A DNA stretch of 63,662 nucleotides, filler included, from Nemertoderma westbladi (lineage: Eukaryota > Animalia > Xenacoelomorpha), in assembly GCA_032718475.1 (NCBI GenBank). It is 4 parts of 4 records of this genome, joined end to end, with 100 filler letters (N's around TTAATTAATTAA, not from the genome) between each part and the next. Parts side by side here need not be neighbours in the genome. Positions count along the whole stretch, not along the records: positions 1 to 22,916 come from JAUCBJ010003883.1; 3 more parts are not named here. One strand, given 5' to 3'. The position numbers were made by a program, and so were the translations under genes. Under the pieces are notes generated by a model. It ran no database searches. It was not told where the DNA came from and saw nothing but the letters and a program-made list of their open reading frames with translations. This document shows, piece by piece, positions 1 through 13,348 of the stretch (positions are counted from its first letter, which is position 1; each line of letters starts with the position of its first letter).

Positions 1-707
1 TGAAAAATCTTCACTAACATTAATGGAATTTATTAAATTTCCTTGCAGTGGAATTGTATAATTTTTTTAAAACTTTTAGCTTAATATATCGTGAAGTTTT
101 TGATATATTTAAAAATTTGATGCGACTTCTAGTTTCCGAGATATAACAATTAATGTGTAACACGCCAGTGTAAATATTACTAATTTCCCATTGAATCACA
201 GCTTATTGTGAAATTAATTAAATTATTCTGGAACATCACTAATTTGCTACTTACTTTTCTCTACTGTTCCTTTTGTTTGGCTTATGTTATGCAAATTTAC
301 CCAGAATTTCCATGAATAAACATGCGATCCGCAAAATAAAATTTTGTAGACTTTTTTTTGGTTATTAATAAGATAATATAGAATCCAAAATATGTGGTTC
401 GGATTGATTGCGAAATACTTATGGGTTTTTTGCTACAGTAGATTGACTCGACTATAAGGGGTTTATACACAAGCGCGGGAAAATCTTAGTTTAAACGCTC
501 TGATTTACTGTACCACTTACTGTTCCACTTTGTCGCTAGGCAACGCTAACAACATTCACTAGCTAACAGCATACAGTTTACTATTGTTTGATGTAGGCTA
601 ATTTTAGTTTTAAAGATTAAGATATTTATATTACAGTATTTTTTTGACACAACAATGTTTTTTTTTAATGTAATGTTCATTGTATAAGATTATTTGTATT
701 CGTTTGT

Positions 708-1056
708 AGCGGCACTGTAGGGGTTGTCTTACCTGGTATTATCGGCCTACTGTATTCACGAATGTCATTAGGGCTACCTAAAAATGGACCTTATTCTTTC
801 TTTAATAATGGTAATAAACCATCTCCACAGTTTTTTTTAAACCTGAAATTTCACATCGGATTTGAATGCATTTATGATAATCGCGGCACTGTAGAGGTTG
901 TCTTACTTGGTATTATCGGCCTACTGTATTCACGAATGTTATTAGGGCTACCTAAAAATGGACCTTATTCTTTCTTTAATAATGGTAATAAACCATCTCC
1001 ACAGTTTTTTTTTAACCTGAAATTTCACATCGGATTTGAATGCATTTATGATAATC
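708..1056. repeat. Tandem duplication, two copies of about 175 bp
   Basis: gcggcactgtag...tttatgataatc occurs at 708-882 and 883-1056 with few mismatches. This explains the internally repeated 762..1094 ORF. Confidence 0.9.
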
Positions 1057-1074
1057 ACAGTGTATTCCGATTAT

Positions 1075-1641
1075 GTTCTAGAACACGGTGGTAATGGATT
1101 GCTATACCTATGTTTGTTTATAGCAACATATTATCTATATTAAAATTAAACCCACACACAAACAATGAATGCGGATATATTTAATATTGAAACATAGTAA
1201 AAATAAATAGGAAATTGAAAGAAAATATAAGGTCCAAATTTATCTATCAACTTTATCAATCAGCTGTGTTTGCAGTTTCGCACACAGACAGTACAGTAAC
1301 ACAAACATGGCTAAATATCACCGTTCAATAAGAACGTGTTTTGTTCCAAATTGCATGAACTCAAGTAGAACAAATCCAGGTAAACTATTTTTTCCAAGTT
1401 ATTTTTCAATGTTGTGTTGCTGTGTGCGAACACAGTTGAGTTCAATAAATTTGGTCCATTATTCTCTTTCAATTTCTTATTTATTTTTACTCACATTTCG
1501 TGCTCATGGTGGTTCAATATTTTTAAATATATCCACATTCGTTGGTTATGTGTGGGTTTAATATGACTAAATATGTTGCTATAAATACACAAACATAGTA
1601 CATACTGTATGTGTATCGCTATCAATCGTGTTCTAGAACAT
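1075..1641 (+). mobile_element. Degenerate foldback/MITE-like element with a THAP-domain N-terminal remnant
   Basis: Imperfect inverted arms (about 1075-1290 vs 1418-1641), both bounded by tgttctagaaca. The centre encodes MAKYHRSIRTCFVPNCMNSSRTNPGKLFF (C-x4-C...FF, the start of a THAP domain). Confidence 0.5.
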
Positions 1642-2509
1642 GCAGCCATGCTTATAAAATCACCACAGAGTATTTAAAATAGCAAGTTATTAATGTTTCA
1701 TTAATATTTATATACTGTATTGCGTACAATGATGAAATACAAGTCCAAATAAAATAAAAGTACTGTATATGCGAATGATCGTAAAATAAGGGGGGGTGGG
1801 TATTGGTTAGAAGGAATGGGAGTCGTACATCGAGTTCTTCTACGACCCTTTACATTCATTGATAAAATTTATTGAATCAAGAAGTGAGCGGAAAGATTTA
1901 CCTGTAGTTGCGCGGATTATATTTTCTTTGAGGTTGTTCCATAATAATATCCTTCTCGCAGCAATATGGCTTTGTAAGTTGTTTGAGCGGGAAAGGTTAA
2001 CTATTTGCTATGACCTCTGATTGATATGGTAGTAGAAAGCGTGAAGAAATTACCGCTATTATTTATCATGTAGATTCATGTAGATAATTTTAAATATTTC
2101 AACCAAATCAATCTTTAACCAACGGATTTCAAGTGGATCAGCCTTCAGATAATGTACACGATCATCAGAATAATTCTCCGCGTAGGAAACGCGTAAAATC
2201 TGTCTGGACCCGCACTAATCCACATATGTTTATGTCGAGGCTTGGATTCCATATCGCGGAATTGTATTCCAGTATAGCGCGAGCGAAGGTTTGAAATAAT
2301 AAACTAAATTGTAAATTCGAATCTGATGACAGAACGGCCTACGTATTTGGAAACAAACACGCCCACACGCCCCCATGTCATATTGGATATTATTTGCAGG
2401 ATATAAGCGCTAGTGATATAGATATAGCAAAGAAAATATGGCGACAGTGTTCAGTAAAACTGAACGGACACAGGCGGTGACTCAGTTTACTTCAGTCGAC
2501 GATGGATTA

Positions 2510-2792
2510 GGTTCCTCATTGGTGTAGTGGTTGCATTGAATTCACATCTCCTGTAGGTCGTGGGTTCGATCCTCACATGGGCCAGGGCAGTTTTCGTTTC
2601 GGCACGAATGCTTTAAAGGGACCAGCCAGGGCGCATCTCTGCCTTGCATCCTTAAGTGGTAGCTAAATGAGTACTGGGGTTTCCTCTGGGGAGTAAAGTT
2701 CTGGGGGGACCGCACTGGAACAAATAAGTCGTCAGAGTTTGTGCGTAATCCCTGGCCTAGCGCCCGAAGAAAATTTACTTTACTTTACTTTT
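2510..2792 (+). mobile_element. Full-length tRNA-derived SINE
   Basis: Box A tggtgtagtgg (2520), box B ggttcgatcc (2563), GC-rich body, (ACTTT)n tail at about 2774-2792, probable TSD atggatta/atggatca. A second copy of the head lies at about 5309-5364. Confidence 0.8.
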
Positions 2793-3479
2793 ATGGATCA
2801 AAGATTTTTCTCCATGCAGGAGATACAACAATAAACTTTAATTATATGTAAATTTATAGTACCGGTACCTGTTTTAATCATTTTAACTAATATTCAAAGT
2901 AGTACATGATTAAAATGTTCAAATGAGCATCCATAAAATCCTTTCTTCACATACCGAACGCTGATAAGTTGACATAATGTAACAAAATTACATAAATCAT
3001 TGCATGCAAAGGTCACTTTTCAGCGTTAAAGACCCATGTTTATTTATGTAAACCTCCCTCGCTGGGCTCGCTCGGTACATAAATAAACTCGGGTCATAAC
3101 GCTGCAAAGTGCTACTTTGCACATAATGATGTAAATAGTTATTACATACGATATAACAACAAAGGTTATTGTTTTGGTTAGAAAAGGCCGTCTCTATTAC
3201 CTGCTCCTTTCCCTTAATTGGTAACAACATCGCTTATTGTTGTGGTTACAAAAACCCGTCTCTGAATCCTGCTCATTTCCCTCAATTGGTAACTCAAATG
3301 GGTACTACATGAATCATTTTCTGTGATGGAGGGGTAACAGGAATTTGGGGTAAAAGGAATGGGGGGGGGGGGTAACAGCACTGGGGGGGAAACAGGAATG
3401 GGGGGGTAACAGGAATGGGGGGGGGGAGGGGTAACAGGACAGTACCGATGTAATTATACATGATTTATTTACTGAAGGT

Positions 3480-3800
3480 ATAGTATTATAGCCGCATATT
3501 CCATTCTCTAACACGTTCGTGGGGCCTTCGCGCAGAACGAAGTGAGCAAAGCCTTTAGCATATGGGCACCATTAACGAGTTGTCTGCCGTTAGTCAGAAG
3601 TCTTCAACACAATACTTGTCCTCCTCATGTGCCTCGTTACGTTCGTTCGTTTTAGACCAAACTTCAGATTCTTTCTAAACTTTTGACGGATTATATACGT
3701 ACCAAGTTTCGTTTAAATTCATCGAGAAATGACCGAGTTATTAGCGATCAAAAATTTACGACGACGACAGACGACGACGACATGGCTCGCCCCATAGACA
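3480..3800 (+). mobile_element. Possible Helentron/DINE-1-like non-autonomous element
   Basis: gtaccaagtttcgt...gagaaatgaccgagttat followed by a (GAC)n/GACA microsatellite, an arrangement typical of DINE-1-like elements. Boundaries are uncertain. Confidence 0.35.
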
Positions 3801-4973
3801 ATAAATTAGTTTATAGGCCTACTGTAATTTATCATTTACTTAACGGCGACATGTTTCCTTTTCTAGTAGTTTCTTCGAGACTCGATTTCAGAATAGCTAC
3901 ATGTGAAAGAAACCGTTGCAAATTTGGTATATTTGCTGTACCATAGTATCAGGGACGGATTAAGGGGGGGGGGGGGGGGACAGTGGCAGCTGCCGGGGGG
4001 CCGTAAATGGGAAGGGGTCGGCAAGTTGGGAGAAATTTACCGAACATTATCTCACTGATAAAACAACTTCATTTTTGTATTAATTTCTGGCTGGTCAATA
4101 AATATTTATATCTCACATACAGTAATAGCACCATTCATAGACAGATAGGCCATGTCTGATTAGAATATCAAACAACATAGAAACTTTGAAAAATTGAAAC
4201 AAAATAGAAGGGCCCTCCCTTAAATAGTAGGCAACGGATACAGTAGAAGCCAAATGTCGTAAATATTCATTCCAGAACATGTAATTACTGTATTTAACTG
4301 AAGGTGAACCAACCAGTATAACATAGTAGTGGGATAAGCAAGAAGTTAGATTTACTATGTTACCTCGAGTCCTTGAATTGGCTAACCAACCCAGACAACC
4401 AGACTATCGGCTCGGCTTATATGCAGATAGCCTGGGTGATGATATCAACCACCTTCACCAATCACGGTGAAGGTATTGGTAGTTACTGTATATTGGTTGT
4501 CTAGCTTGGCTCCTGCACGCTGCATAGCTGTCTGTGTAGCCCAGTGGAGGTGAATGCTGTAGAGGTACAATCCATATTAAAATTAGATAAATGTGTTGGT
4601 TTAAAAATAGGTAAGAGATTAAATATAGATAAATCCCCTTTCACGCTGGCATACCCAAAAGCTGACAAGTGCACAATTACGCCATATAATTTTGTCAACT
4701 CGCTGGTAATGTAAAATATTTAAATATATACTGTAAGTAAATTATTCCGATTCAGAGTATTAAAATATCGGAATTTTGTTAGTTCTGCATATCAACTCGT
4801 TTATAACTACTGTACCATAGTCTCTACTTCAACTTGCTGACTTGGTAAACTAAAACTTAATGTAGGCCTAACTGTATGTATAGATACAGTATATTGTAGT
4901 CAACTTGTAAGATTTTATCATAAATTTATATAATGGCTGAGACCTGAGAGGCAGTTGACATGTCCGTTGAAGT

Positions 4974-5246
4974 TTGCTTCTGAAACCGCATTATTGTATC
5001 ACAAGATTAGAGACCATAAGGACGTTAACTACGTTCCATTTGTTTGATAAGTTTCATCAAGCGAACAGCAAGTCGCCTGTCGAACTATTGCGTCGAACCT
5101 GTTTTGTACCAGAAATAAAGAAGTGTAATACACAAGTTGTAGATCAGTTCAACGGGGTATTTAATAATTATATTCATTTTTTGAACAAAATGAAGCCGGT
5201 CAATCACATCTTAACTTTACGACTACCGGAACCAACGGATCAATGA
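4974..5246 (+). pseudogene. Remnant resembling the C-terminus of a Kyakuja-Dileera-Zisupton (HMGXB3-like) transposase
   Basis: DKFHQAN...VPEIKKCNTQVVDQ...HFLNKMKPVNHILTLR resembles the DxFH...NxQxxEQ...FLxxMxPxxH pattern as I recall it. No upstream part was recognised. Confidence 0.4.
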
Positions 5247-5308
5247 CGCATCGAAGACCAAACTGGAATTAATAACAGGGAGAAAACTGAAGCTCACGGT
5301 TGTACCAC

Positions 5309-5364
5309 CTTGGTGTAGTGGTTGCATTGAATTCACATCTCCCGAAGGTCGTGGGTTCGATCCG
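5309..5364 (+). mobile_element. Head fragment of the tRNA-derived SINE at 2510
   Basis: ttggtgtagtggttgcattgaattcacatctcc..aggtcgtgggttcgatcc is nearly identical to 2519-2572. Confidence 0.8.
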
Positions 5365-5946
5365 AATTAAATGTTTGATCTCGTGTATGCAATGTGCATA
5401 CGTTAAGATAAGATAAGAAGATAAGATAAGATTTATTAACAATTTCTACACAGATATAGAGCAAATTTGTACTAAATAAATTGATAACTATTGTATATAA
5501 TATATGCATGCACATAATGTACTCTACGTGTAGCTGGTACCTGGACGGGTAGTCCCATTATTTCAGGCACCAGTAACACAGCGATTAATTTATTTATTAT
5601 TAACTACATTAGGCCTAATTAAGTATTGTAATATTGCCAGTAATTCTAATATATTGCATTAAGTATAAAACAATTTCGTACAGTAGGTAGAAACCGAAGT
5701 ACTTTAAGATATAGATTCTGTAAAAACAAATACAAAACAAAAAAAAACTCTTGGGGACAGTACAGTTATAAGATGGGTACATAATATAATCCACCTAACC
5801 TAAACTAATATAAGCAAACTACTTACGTACTTACATCAACAAGATAGGGTACATCATTTATTTTAAAGACCTGTTAAACAAGGTAATGGATATTATATAA
5901 ACTATAAACTAAACGAAAGTAACTATTAAGTAATACTACAATTTAA

Positions 5947-7600
5947 TTATTTTAATAGATGCACTGAAAGTTTTTGTTTAAACGAGTTAAAAGAAGCGGC
6001 CCGTCGTGCATCAGCAGGCAGAGAATTCCATATGTGTGGGGCTTGTATAAATATGGAATTGTTTCGTAATTTTAACCTATGTCTATTTGATGATAGTGAA
6101 TTTGGTTTACCGGAGTCAAAAGATTGGAAAAATATCCTTCTGGAGTAATCCATTGATGTACTTGAAACAGATTGCACCTACTTGTGAAATGTAAAGAGAA
6201 CGTAAGCAGTGTGGGTTAAACGTTGGGTTGTGGTATTTAATTATTTTAAATGCGCGTTATTGTAGGTTATGTAATTTACGGATACTCATTGTTTGGTTTT
6301 TAGGTTTGCGTCTACGTCGGCGGGGACCCTTATATTTACTCGAAGTCTGTGTAGCTGTATCCGAACTTGATTGCATTAACGCTTGGCCCCAAACAGAGAT
6401 GCAGTAATTAAAATAAGGTTCTATCAGTGAGTAATATAATTTAGTGAGAACTGGGGTTGGTGAGAATGATTTAATTCTATTTATGATTCCTACATTTCTA
6501 CTTACTTTGGTGTGTATGTGGGATATGTGATCTTTCCAAGTTAAATTTTCGTCGATTAGAACGCCTAGGAATTTTATACATTATTTTTGTTTTATTATTT
6601 TCCCATTTATAGTTACTTTTTGTGTATCGGTATTATATTTTTTTATATTAGTCTGATAGAATATAATATAATTGGTTTTGTCCACATTCAGTGTCAGTCT
6701 ATTTATTTGAAACCATTTTGTTAGTTTGTCCAGTTCAGTGTTAGAGGTATTAATAATGTTATTTATGTCTGAACCTGATAAAAGCAAATTCGTATCATCT
6801 GCAAAAAGGATATGTTTAAATAGTTTGGATACATTTACCAGGTCATTGACATATATTATGAACAGCAGAGGACCCAGTATTGAGCCCTGGGGTACGCCGT
6901 GGGTCAGGGTACACAGATCTGATTTAGCACCATTGATTTCAACGTATTGCTGGCGATTGCATAGGTAATTAGTGAACCAAGCAAGAGGGACACCCGTGAC
7001 TCCATAATGATGCAATTTGTCAATGAGGATAGAGTGATTCACAGTATCGAAGGCCTTTGATAGGTCGATTGAGATACCCAGGGTCATGTTGTGGTTGTCT
7101 AAGGCTTCAGTTATGTAGTCTAATACACTGAGTAATGCATATTGGGTGGATCTGTTGTTTCGGAATCCGAATTGGTCGGGTGTAAGGACTGCTTGTTTAG
7201 TTATATACACAAGAAGTTGTTCGTATGCAACCTTTTCTATTAGTTTTGAGAAGAAAGGTAGGACTGAAATAGGCCGGTAGTTTATAGGGATAGTAGAATC
7301 TCCAGATTTAAACACTGGAATCACTCGGGCAATTTTCATGATATCTGGGACAATGCCGGTAGCCAGGGAAAAGTTTATAATGAAGGTTAGAGGCTTAGCA
7401 ATGTTCTTAATCGTGGGTATTATTACCTTGGCACCTAATCCATCGCACCCTGCACCAGCTTTGTGATTCAGTTTTTTTGTGATTTCAATTAACTGCTGTT
7501 CTGTGACTGCGGTGAAATCCCTTAGGCGGTGTGGTAGCATGGTATTAGTGAGGTAGTCTAATGGTGAGCAGTCATGGTTAGGGATTTCTGAGTCAAGTTT
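5947..7600 (-). mobile_element. 5'-truncated CR1/L2-group LINE, ORF2 RT and C-terminus (disrupted)
   Basis: ORF 6581..7540 has NYRPISVLP, QFGFR, IDLSKAFD, GVPQGSILGPLLF, FADD. It continues past a stop as FLGVLIDENLTWKDH, and the C-terminal IWNSLP...SFNSFKQKL is at 5947-6177. Confidence 0.9.
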
Positions 7601-8334
7601 ACTACCTGATAACGGTGAGAACCGTTATCAACCGGTTCTCACGTATACAGTACTTTTGGGGTATAACTTTTCGCCGTGTCCGTATCTGTATGCATTTGCC
7701 GTATCCGTATGTACATACGCGTATGGTGCGTATGTAATGGATTCCTATGGAGAATAATCCGTATGTGATTTTAGCTAGATTAGGCATTGCAGTCCAGTAA
7801 GAAGTGCACAGCACACATGCAGACTGAAGACAGGTAGGCCTACTTAAAGCTAAGTGATTTAAAGAGTGTGGCTGCCGCTACCTTATGTCAAATAAACAAT
7901 GCAGGACAGGTCCAGGATGAGTGACACGGGTGTCCGCCAGCGGGTGTTAACTCTTCTTGACGCCGCTTGGAAAACTAACCAACCGTACTTTATTTTTGAA
8001 TTGTTTTTCCACCAACCTGGCTATAGAATGTTGTTGGTTGCTCTTGCTACAGTATATCGTATATGGCACTAACATAGTATAGACTGCTAGAAGCAGCAAT
8101 GACAATGCTAAGGGAATAAACATTCGCAAAGATATTGAAAACCGTCATGTCAGTCTGTCCTTCTTTGTGAATTTATTAACTTCTTTACTTTCGCTGTTTC
8201 GGGGCCAGTATTTAGTTAACCATATGCAGCCAAGTGCCAACAGTGCCAGTTAGTCAAACCACGTGTCAGCGAGTCCAACCGGGCCTTTGATTGCACTATT
8301 GCTACTTTGGTTACAACTATTTACGCTTGTTGTC

Positions 8335-8505
8335 GACACTCACCACCACAATACTAGAGGAAACTCCCTAAAGCTACACAAACAGGCCCTCAATAAGAAC
8401 TTGCTCGCTTGCAAAAACACATTCGCAAACCGAGTGGTAAACGTCTGGAACCGGTTACCCAACGATGTTGTAACCGCGACCACCGTGAATGCTTTTAAAA
8501 TAGGG
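8335..8505 (+). mobile_element. CR1 LINE 3'-end fragment
   Basis: NTRGNSLKLHKQ...FANRVVNVWNRLPNDVVTATTVNAFK is the typical CR1 ORF2 C-terminus. Confidence 0.8.
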
Positions 8506-9332
8506 CTCGTTATCAAACTTTGATCAATATTTGATTAAAGTTTGATCAATATTTGATCAAAGTTTGATCAATATTTGATCAAAGGAATGCTTTTTGAGAG
8601 CGGGACTGTACTTCTTTTAATTCAGTAATTATTTCATTTTATTTCCATCAAACTTGTAACCCTTGACACATACCTATAGTATATCTTAATTTTTATCGAA
8701 TTTTATTCATATTTTATCTCCACACCTATGATTTTTATACATCAATGATTTTTATAAATATAATTAAAGCATTATTACATAAGTTTATTTAAAATTTTTG
8801 TTTTTCCGGCTTTAAAATGCAATTACGTAACTTGGCAGAATCTTCGAATACTGCAATGAATTTAGAAATATACTGTAAATTTCTTGATTACATATACGTC
8901 ATATGTTACCTACAATCTTAATTAACTGATGCATTTTATCATAATGTTTTCACAATAGTTCCCTTATATGGACACTACAAACTGTATTATGCATTATTTT
9001 TAAACTACAGTATGTAATTTGTAACTTTTTTCTCCCATGTTCGAGGCATATATTTCTTGTTACTTACGCTATGACTTAATATTTATTTTTTTATCGAATT
9101 TTATCTTTAATTAATTAATCTATTTTTTATTTATATTTTATCGAATTTTATCTTTAATTAATTAATCTATTTTTTATTTATATTTTATTCCCGCCTTCAG
9201 GCCTTAAAACGCAACTGCGTAACTTACCAGCCATTACGAAAAACAAAATGTTTATAATATCGGAATATGTATAAGTATTTATCTTGGTGCAATGCAGACT
9301 GTATAACAGAACGTGTATATATTACATTACTT

Positions 9333-10075
9333 ACACCATGTCCTGGAATATAGTGTCGTTATTCTGGTACATTTTCGCTTTCATTTTTTAGCTACAAGCT
9401 TTTGAAAATAGTGTCTCCGGCGAAATTGCACCAGTTACACCGCAGTTATTCTTCAACCTTATTATGATTTGTTAGTACTAATTTAAAGTTAGTCGTGCAA
9501 GGATTCCAAAAATGTAAAAACATTTGAATTTGGTATGGTAGAGAAATAGCCGAGATATGGGCATTCGAAAGTTGCATGTATTTGCTTCCCCTGCATGCCA
9601 TTTATTCTATTTAATAAATACATCATATTCTGGAACATTTTGTTTATCCCATACGTAGCTGGGCAACAATATAATGCTTCTTTAAACATACTATTATGTA
9701 GCTATTCATACATAAACAAAATGTTCTAGAATATAGTGTTTTTATTTAATAGAATAAAACAGCCTCGCGCAGGTGCAAAACCTTGAAACTTTTGAACCCT
9801 CACATCTCAGCTATTTCACAACCAAATTCAAATATTTTTACATTTTTGGACAGTTGGAATCCTTGTATGGTTAGCTTTCTATTTCTACCAACAAATCGCG
9901 ATAAGGTTCATGAATAACTGCAGTGTAACTGGTGAAATATCACTGGAGGTGGAGACACCTTTTTCAAACGCTTGTAGCTAAATATTGAAAGCAAAAATAA
10001 AAATACTGGCTCACCCAGTAAGGAGGGAGGTGAAACTAACTCTGTTTCAAATTTCATGCAATCTCTTTAATTAAG
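9333..10075. mobile_element. Palindromic MITE family copy (sibling in the YTHDF intron)
   Basis: Internal inverted arms (ttagctacaagc...gtgtctcc vs ggagacac...cgcttgtagctaa), beginning TA-caccatgtcctgga. Homologous to about 33825-34402. Confidence 0.65.
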
Positions 10076-10697
10076 ATTTGTAGAAAAATTTGGGGGGGGG
10101 GGGGTGTGTTTGTATGTTTGTCTTTTGAGATATATTTTTATTGATACTGGCGTAATTAAACTAAACTAAGGTGTCAGTTAGTACAATAAAACAAGCGTTG
10201 TGGCGCATCCCGGGGCTGAAGGACATCATCTGTCACTCATCCTGGACCTGCAATGTTTATTTGCCATTAGGCTGTTAGGTAGGCAGCCGCACTCTTTAAC
10301 CCTTTCCGGCCGACTGTATATTTTTGTATACACTGAATTTATGTCACTACGAATTGCATAATTTTAACTAATTATATTTGGTTTCATCCAATTGAGGCAC
10401 TATCACACTTCCTTTACTTATAAATTACCGATTCTGATTGGATAATTGTAGTAGAAGGCTTCAATGAACGATTTTAGATGCCGTGTTTTCAGGTATTGAC
10501 ATGATGACTACCTGGCATAGGAAAGATGGTTATTTAAATGCTTTGGCAAAGCGATATTGAGAATTTTGATTGGGTATTCCAAAGATGGATTGTCCAATGA
10601 GATAATAATACTTCCAGGATAAAGTTTACAGTACAGGTAGGCTGGTAGTGTTATTGATAAACCACTGTATACATTTGTCTACGTTAGGTTTATAAAG

Positions 10698-11495
10698 TTG
10701 GGGAGTAGAAGTGGTGCAGCCACAGTTGTGGAGTAGATGTGGTGCAGCACCGTTGGGGAGTAGATGTGATTCAGCCATGTTGTGCTCCCACCATTGTGAT
10801 GCAGCACCGTTGGGGCGTAGATGTGATTCAGCCATGTTGTGCTTCCACCATTGGGGTGTGTGTAGGCCTAGATGTAGTGCAGCCACCATGGGGAGTAGAT
10901 GTTGACCATAGGATCGTAGAGGTGATGCAGCCAACATTGTGGATAGATGTGGTGCAGTCGCCATTGGAGAGTAGATGTGGAACAGCCTCCATTGGGGAGT
11001 AGATGTGGCGTAGCCACCATAGGGGTGTAGATGTTGACCATTGGGCCTTGGGAGTAGATGTGATGCAGCCACTATTGGGGAGTAGATGTGGTACATCCAC
11101 CACCGTAGGGGTGTAGATAAGGTGCAGCCACCATTGGAGAGAAAATCTGGTGCAGCCACCATTGATGAGTAGATGTGGTGCAGCCACCATTAGGGAGTAG
11201 ATGCTGACCATTGATGAGTAGATGTGGTGCAGCCACCATAGTGGAGTAGATGTTAACCATTGGGCCTTGGTAGTAGATGTGATTCAGCCACCATTGGGGA
11301 GTAGATGTGGTGCAGCCACCATTGATGAGTAGATGTGGTGCAGCAACCATAGTGGAGTAGATGCTCAGCATTGATGAGAAGATGTGGTGTAGCCACCATA
11401 TGGAGTAAATGTTGACCATTGGGCCATGGGAGTAGATATGATTCAGCAACCATTGGGGATTAGATGTGGTGCAGCCACCGTTGGGGAGTAGATGT
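10698..11495. repeat. Minisatellite, about 28-bp unit ggggagtagatgtggtgcagccaccatt with shorter variant units
   Basis: Directly visible tandem array. It generates the overlapping ORFs at 10626-11536. Confidence 0.95.
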
Positions 11496-11801
11496 TGTAC
11501 ACCCACAGTAAACAGGCAGGGCAGATAGACATACAAACAGTTGAAAAAAGTTAGTCGAAACTGTTTTTTTCAAACTTGAAAAAAACTGACAGAAAAAAAC
11601 ATTCACTGTATAATTCTTCATTTTAAGTTTTTTTGTCGCACTGTGTTGCTTTTAAACAACGTGTGTTGTGAAAACACACAAAATTATAAAATTTTGGCAT
11701 TTTGGCAAATTTCAAAGTATTGACAGCTGCTTTTCATTCCGAAAAAACATAATTTAAATTTTTTTCATTAAAATTGCTTGCTCGTTGCATGTTTTGTTTA
11801 T

Positions 11802-11834
<33 letters not shown>

Positions 11835-12985
11835 GAATATACTTACTATACGATGTATGTTTGTATGTATGTAAGTAAGTACGTACAATCTAGAGTTCGT
11901 ATACAAAAGTATACATTGGGAACATTATGGGGCGCCGTTTGGGCCAAAAATAAAAAAAACATATTATATTAAAAAGTTGTAATGGTATGTTTTTTTATCT
12001 TGCCGTTTGGGCCAAAAGTTATAATGGTATGTTTTTTTATCTTGCCGTTTGGGCCAAAAGTTGTAATGGTATGTTTTTTATCTTGCCGTTTGGGCCAAAA
12101 ATAGCGGAGAGGGAAATTTGAACTGGCAGAATGGACAATGGAGGCCTTTCGCCTTTAGGCTCCCTCTCCCTCCGCCCTCACTGCAGTACTGACTAACTGC
12201 AGAACTGAAGGAATTACCGCTACCGGTATGTCCTATTCATAGCTCCTGACACCTGCACCTGACTGCCTGACTTATGGACTTCAGGACTTGTGATGTGACT
12301 AGACTCTTTGTTGCTTTAGATGTCAGTCAGTCAGTAGGCTATCACTCATATATACTCTGATACTGGTAACTGGAACTACATACAAGCATACAGAAATACG
12401 TACTGACGTATGTACGTTAAACGGTACCCCATCCAGCCATATGCGCATCTGGCACGAAAACATGCGGAAAGGCGAGAGATCTGATACCGATAGGCCTACT
12501 CATCCTCCATCTGCTGGCGCTGGGTTCGACAGAGTTATTCATTCTTGATATTGTCAGATTGTAGCAGCATTGAGTTCAGCGTTACTGTCAGACTGTGTAC
12601 TATGCCTAGCTCGGGGTATTGCTCTGCATTTCGACGGGTACAGTGCAATATAGACGACAGATTCATCCTCCTGCTGTCCTGGCTGCCTGGCCAACACCAA
12701 CCAGACTTCCAGGAATTGAACTATAAACTCTACAACCGTTCTAAATTTAACATGTTGATGTATTGTCCTGTTATTTATTATTTCCAATTTGCTATTTTTG
12801 TTTATAATTGTTTGATGTACATACAGACAGATGTAATATTAAATAAATTTAAAAAAACCTACAGAACTAGTATTGCTGCTAACTACACTACCGTATTACA
12901 ACTACCGGTGCAGTAGTCTGGTCTGCCTGAATGTAACTTCTGAACTTTGTAATTACAATTCCGGATTTTGCCAGACCGTCTTAAT

Positions 12986-13348
12986 ATGGATCCAAATGAT
13001 AGAAAGAAACTTAGTGAAATGAATGCCGAACTCTCGTCGATTTTTAAACGTAACTTCGTTGCACCGCGACGTCGTAAAGCAGCTCCTGTACCCGTAGGCA
13101 TTGGACTACCTTGCGATTCAAATTCAAAATTTGGAAGTGGCAGTAGATTTCCAAACTTCGAAGGTAATCTCGAATTCGAGAAAGATGAATCTCTTCCACA
13201 GGATGGTTTTAAGAGGCTCTATGCGGATACCTGCTCACAAACTATTCACTTCCCTCTCAATACTCGGTATCTAGCAGCGAATTCCAATAAATTCTTCCAA
13301 TTGGTTACTGACGACATTCTAATGTCTCCAGAATTTAATCTGATTTGA
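12986..13348 (+). CDS. 120-aa cargo ORF ending in a HECT E3 ligase C-lobe-like sequence (probably internally deleted)
   Basis: FGSGS..P..F...LEF...ADTCSQTIHFP...F...ILMSPEFNLI* parallels HECT FxTG..P..GF...AxTCxxxLxLP...GF, with a candidate catalytic Cys (13232) and Phe at position -4. Confidence 0.55.
   Translation: MDPNDRKKLSEMNAELSSIFKRNFVAPRRRKAAPVPVGIGLPCDSNSKFGSGSRFPNFEGNLEFEKDESLPQDGFKRLYADTCSQTIHFPLNTRYLAANSNKFFQLVTDDILMSPEFNLI

Larger units (their letters stand above)
7863..10295. mobile_element. Kolobok-like non-autonomous DNA transposon with nested insertions
   Basis: TTAA|agagtgtggctgcc ... ggcagccgcactct|TTAA, with imperfect TIRs of about 80 bp including caggtccaggatgagtgaca / tgtcactcatcctggacctg. 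A TTAA TSD with RR...YY ends fits Kolobok. Confidence 0.6.

Noticed and set aside
7601-7800. Palindrome-rich patch (gataacggt...accgttatc) truncating the LINE
   Set aside because: Probably a transposon end, but no partner terminus or TSD was found.
10626-11536. Overlapping His/Pro/Trp-rich ORFs and a CRISPR-like periodic look
   Set aside because: Plain minisatellite: no unique spacers, no cas genes, eukaryotic context.
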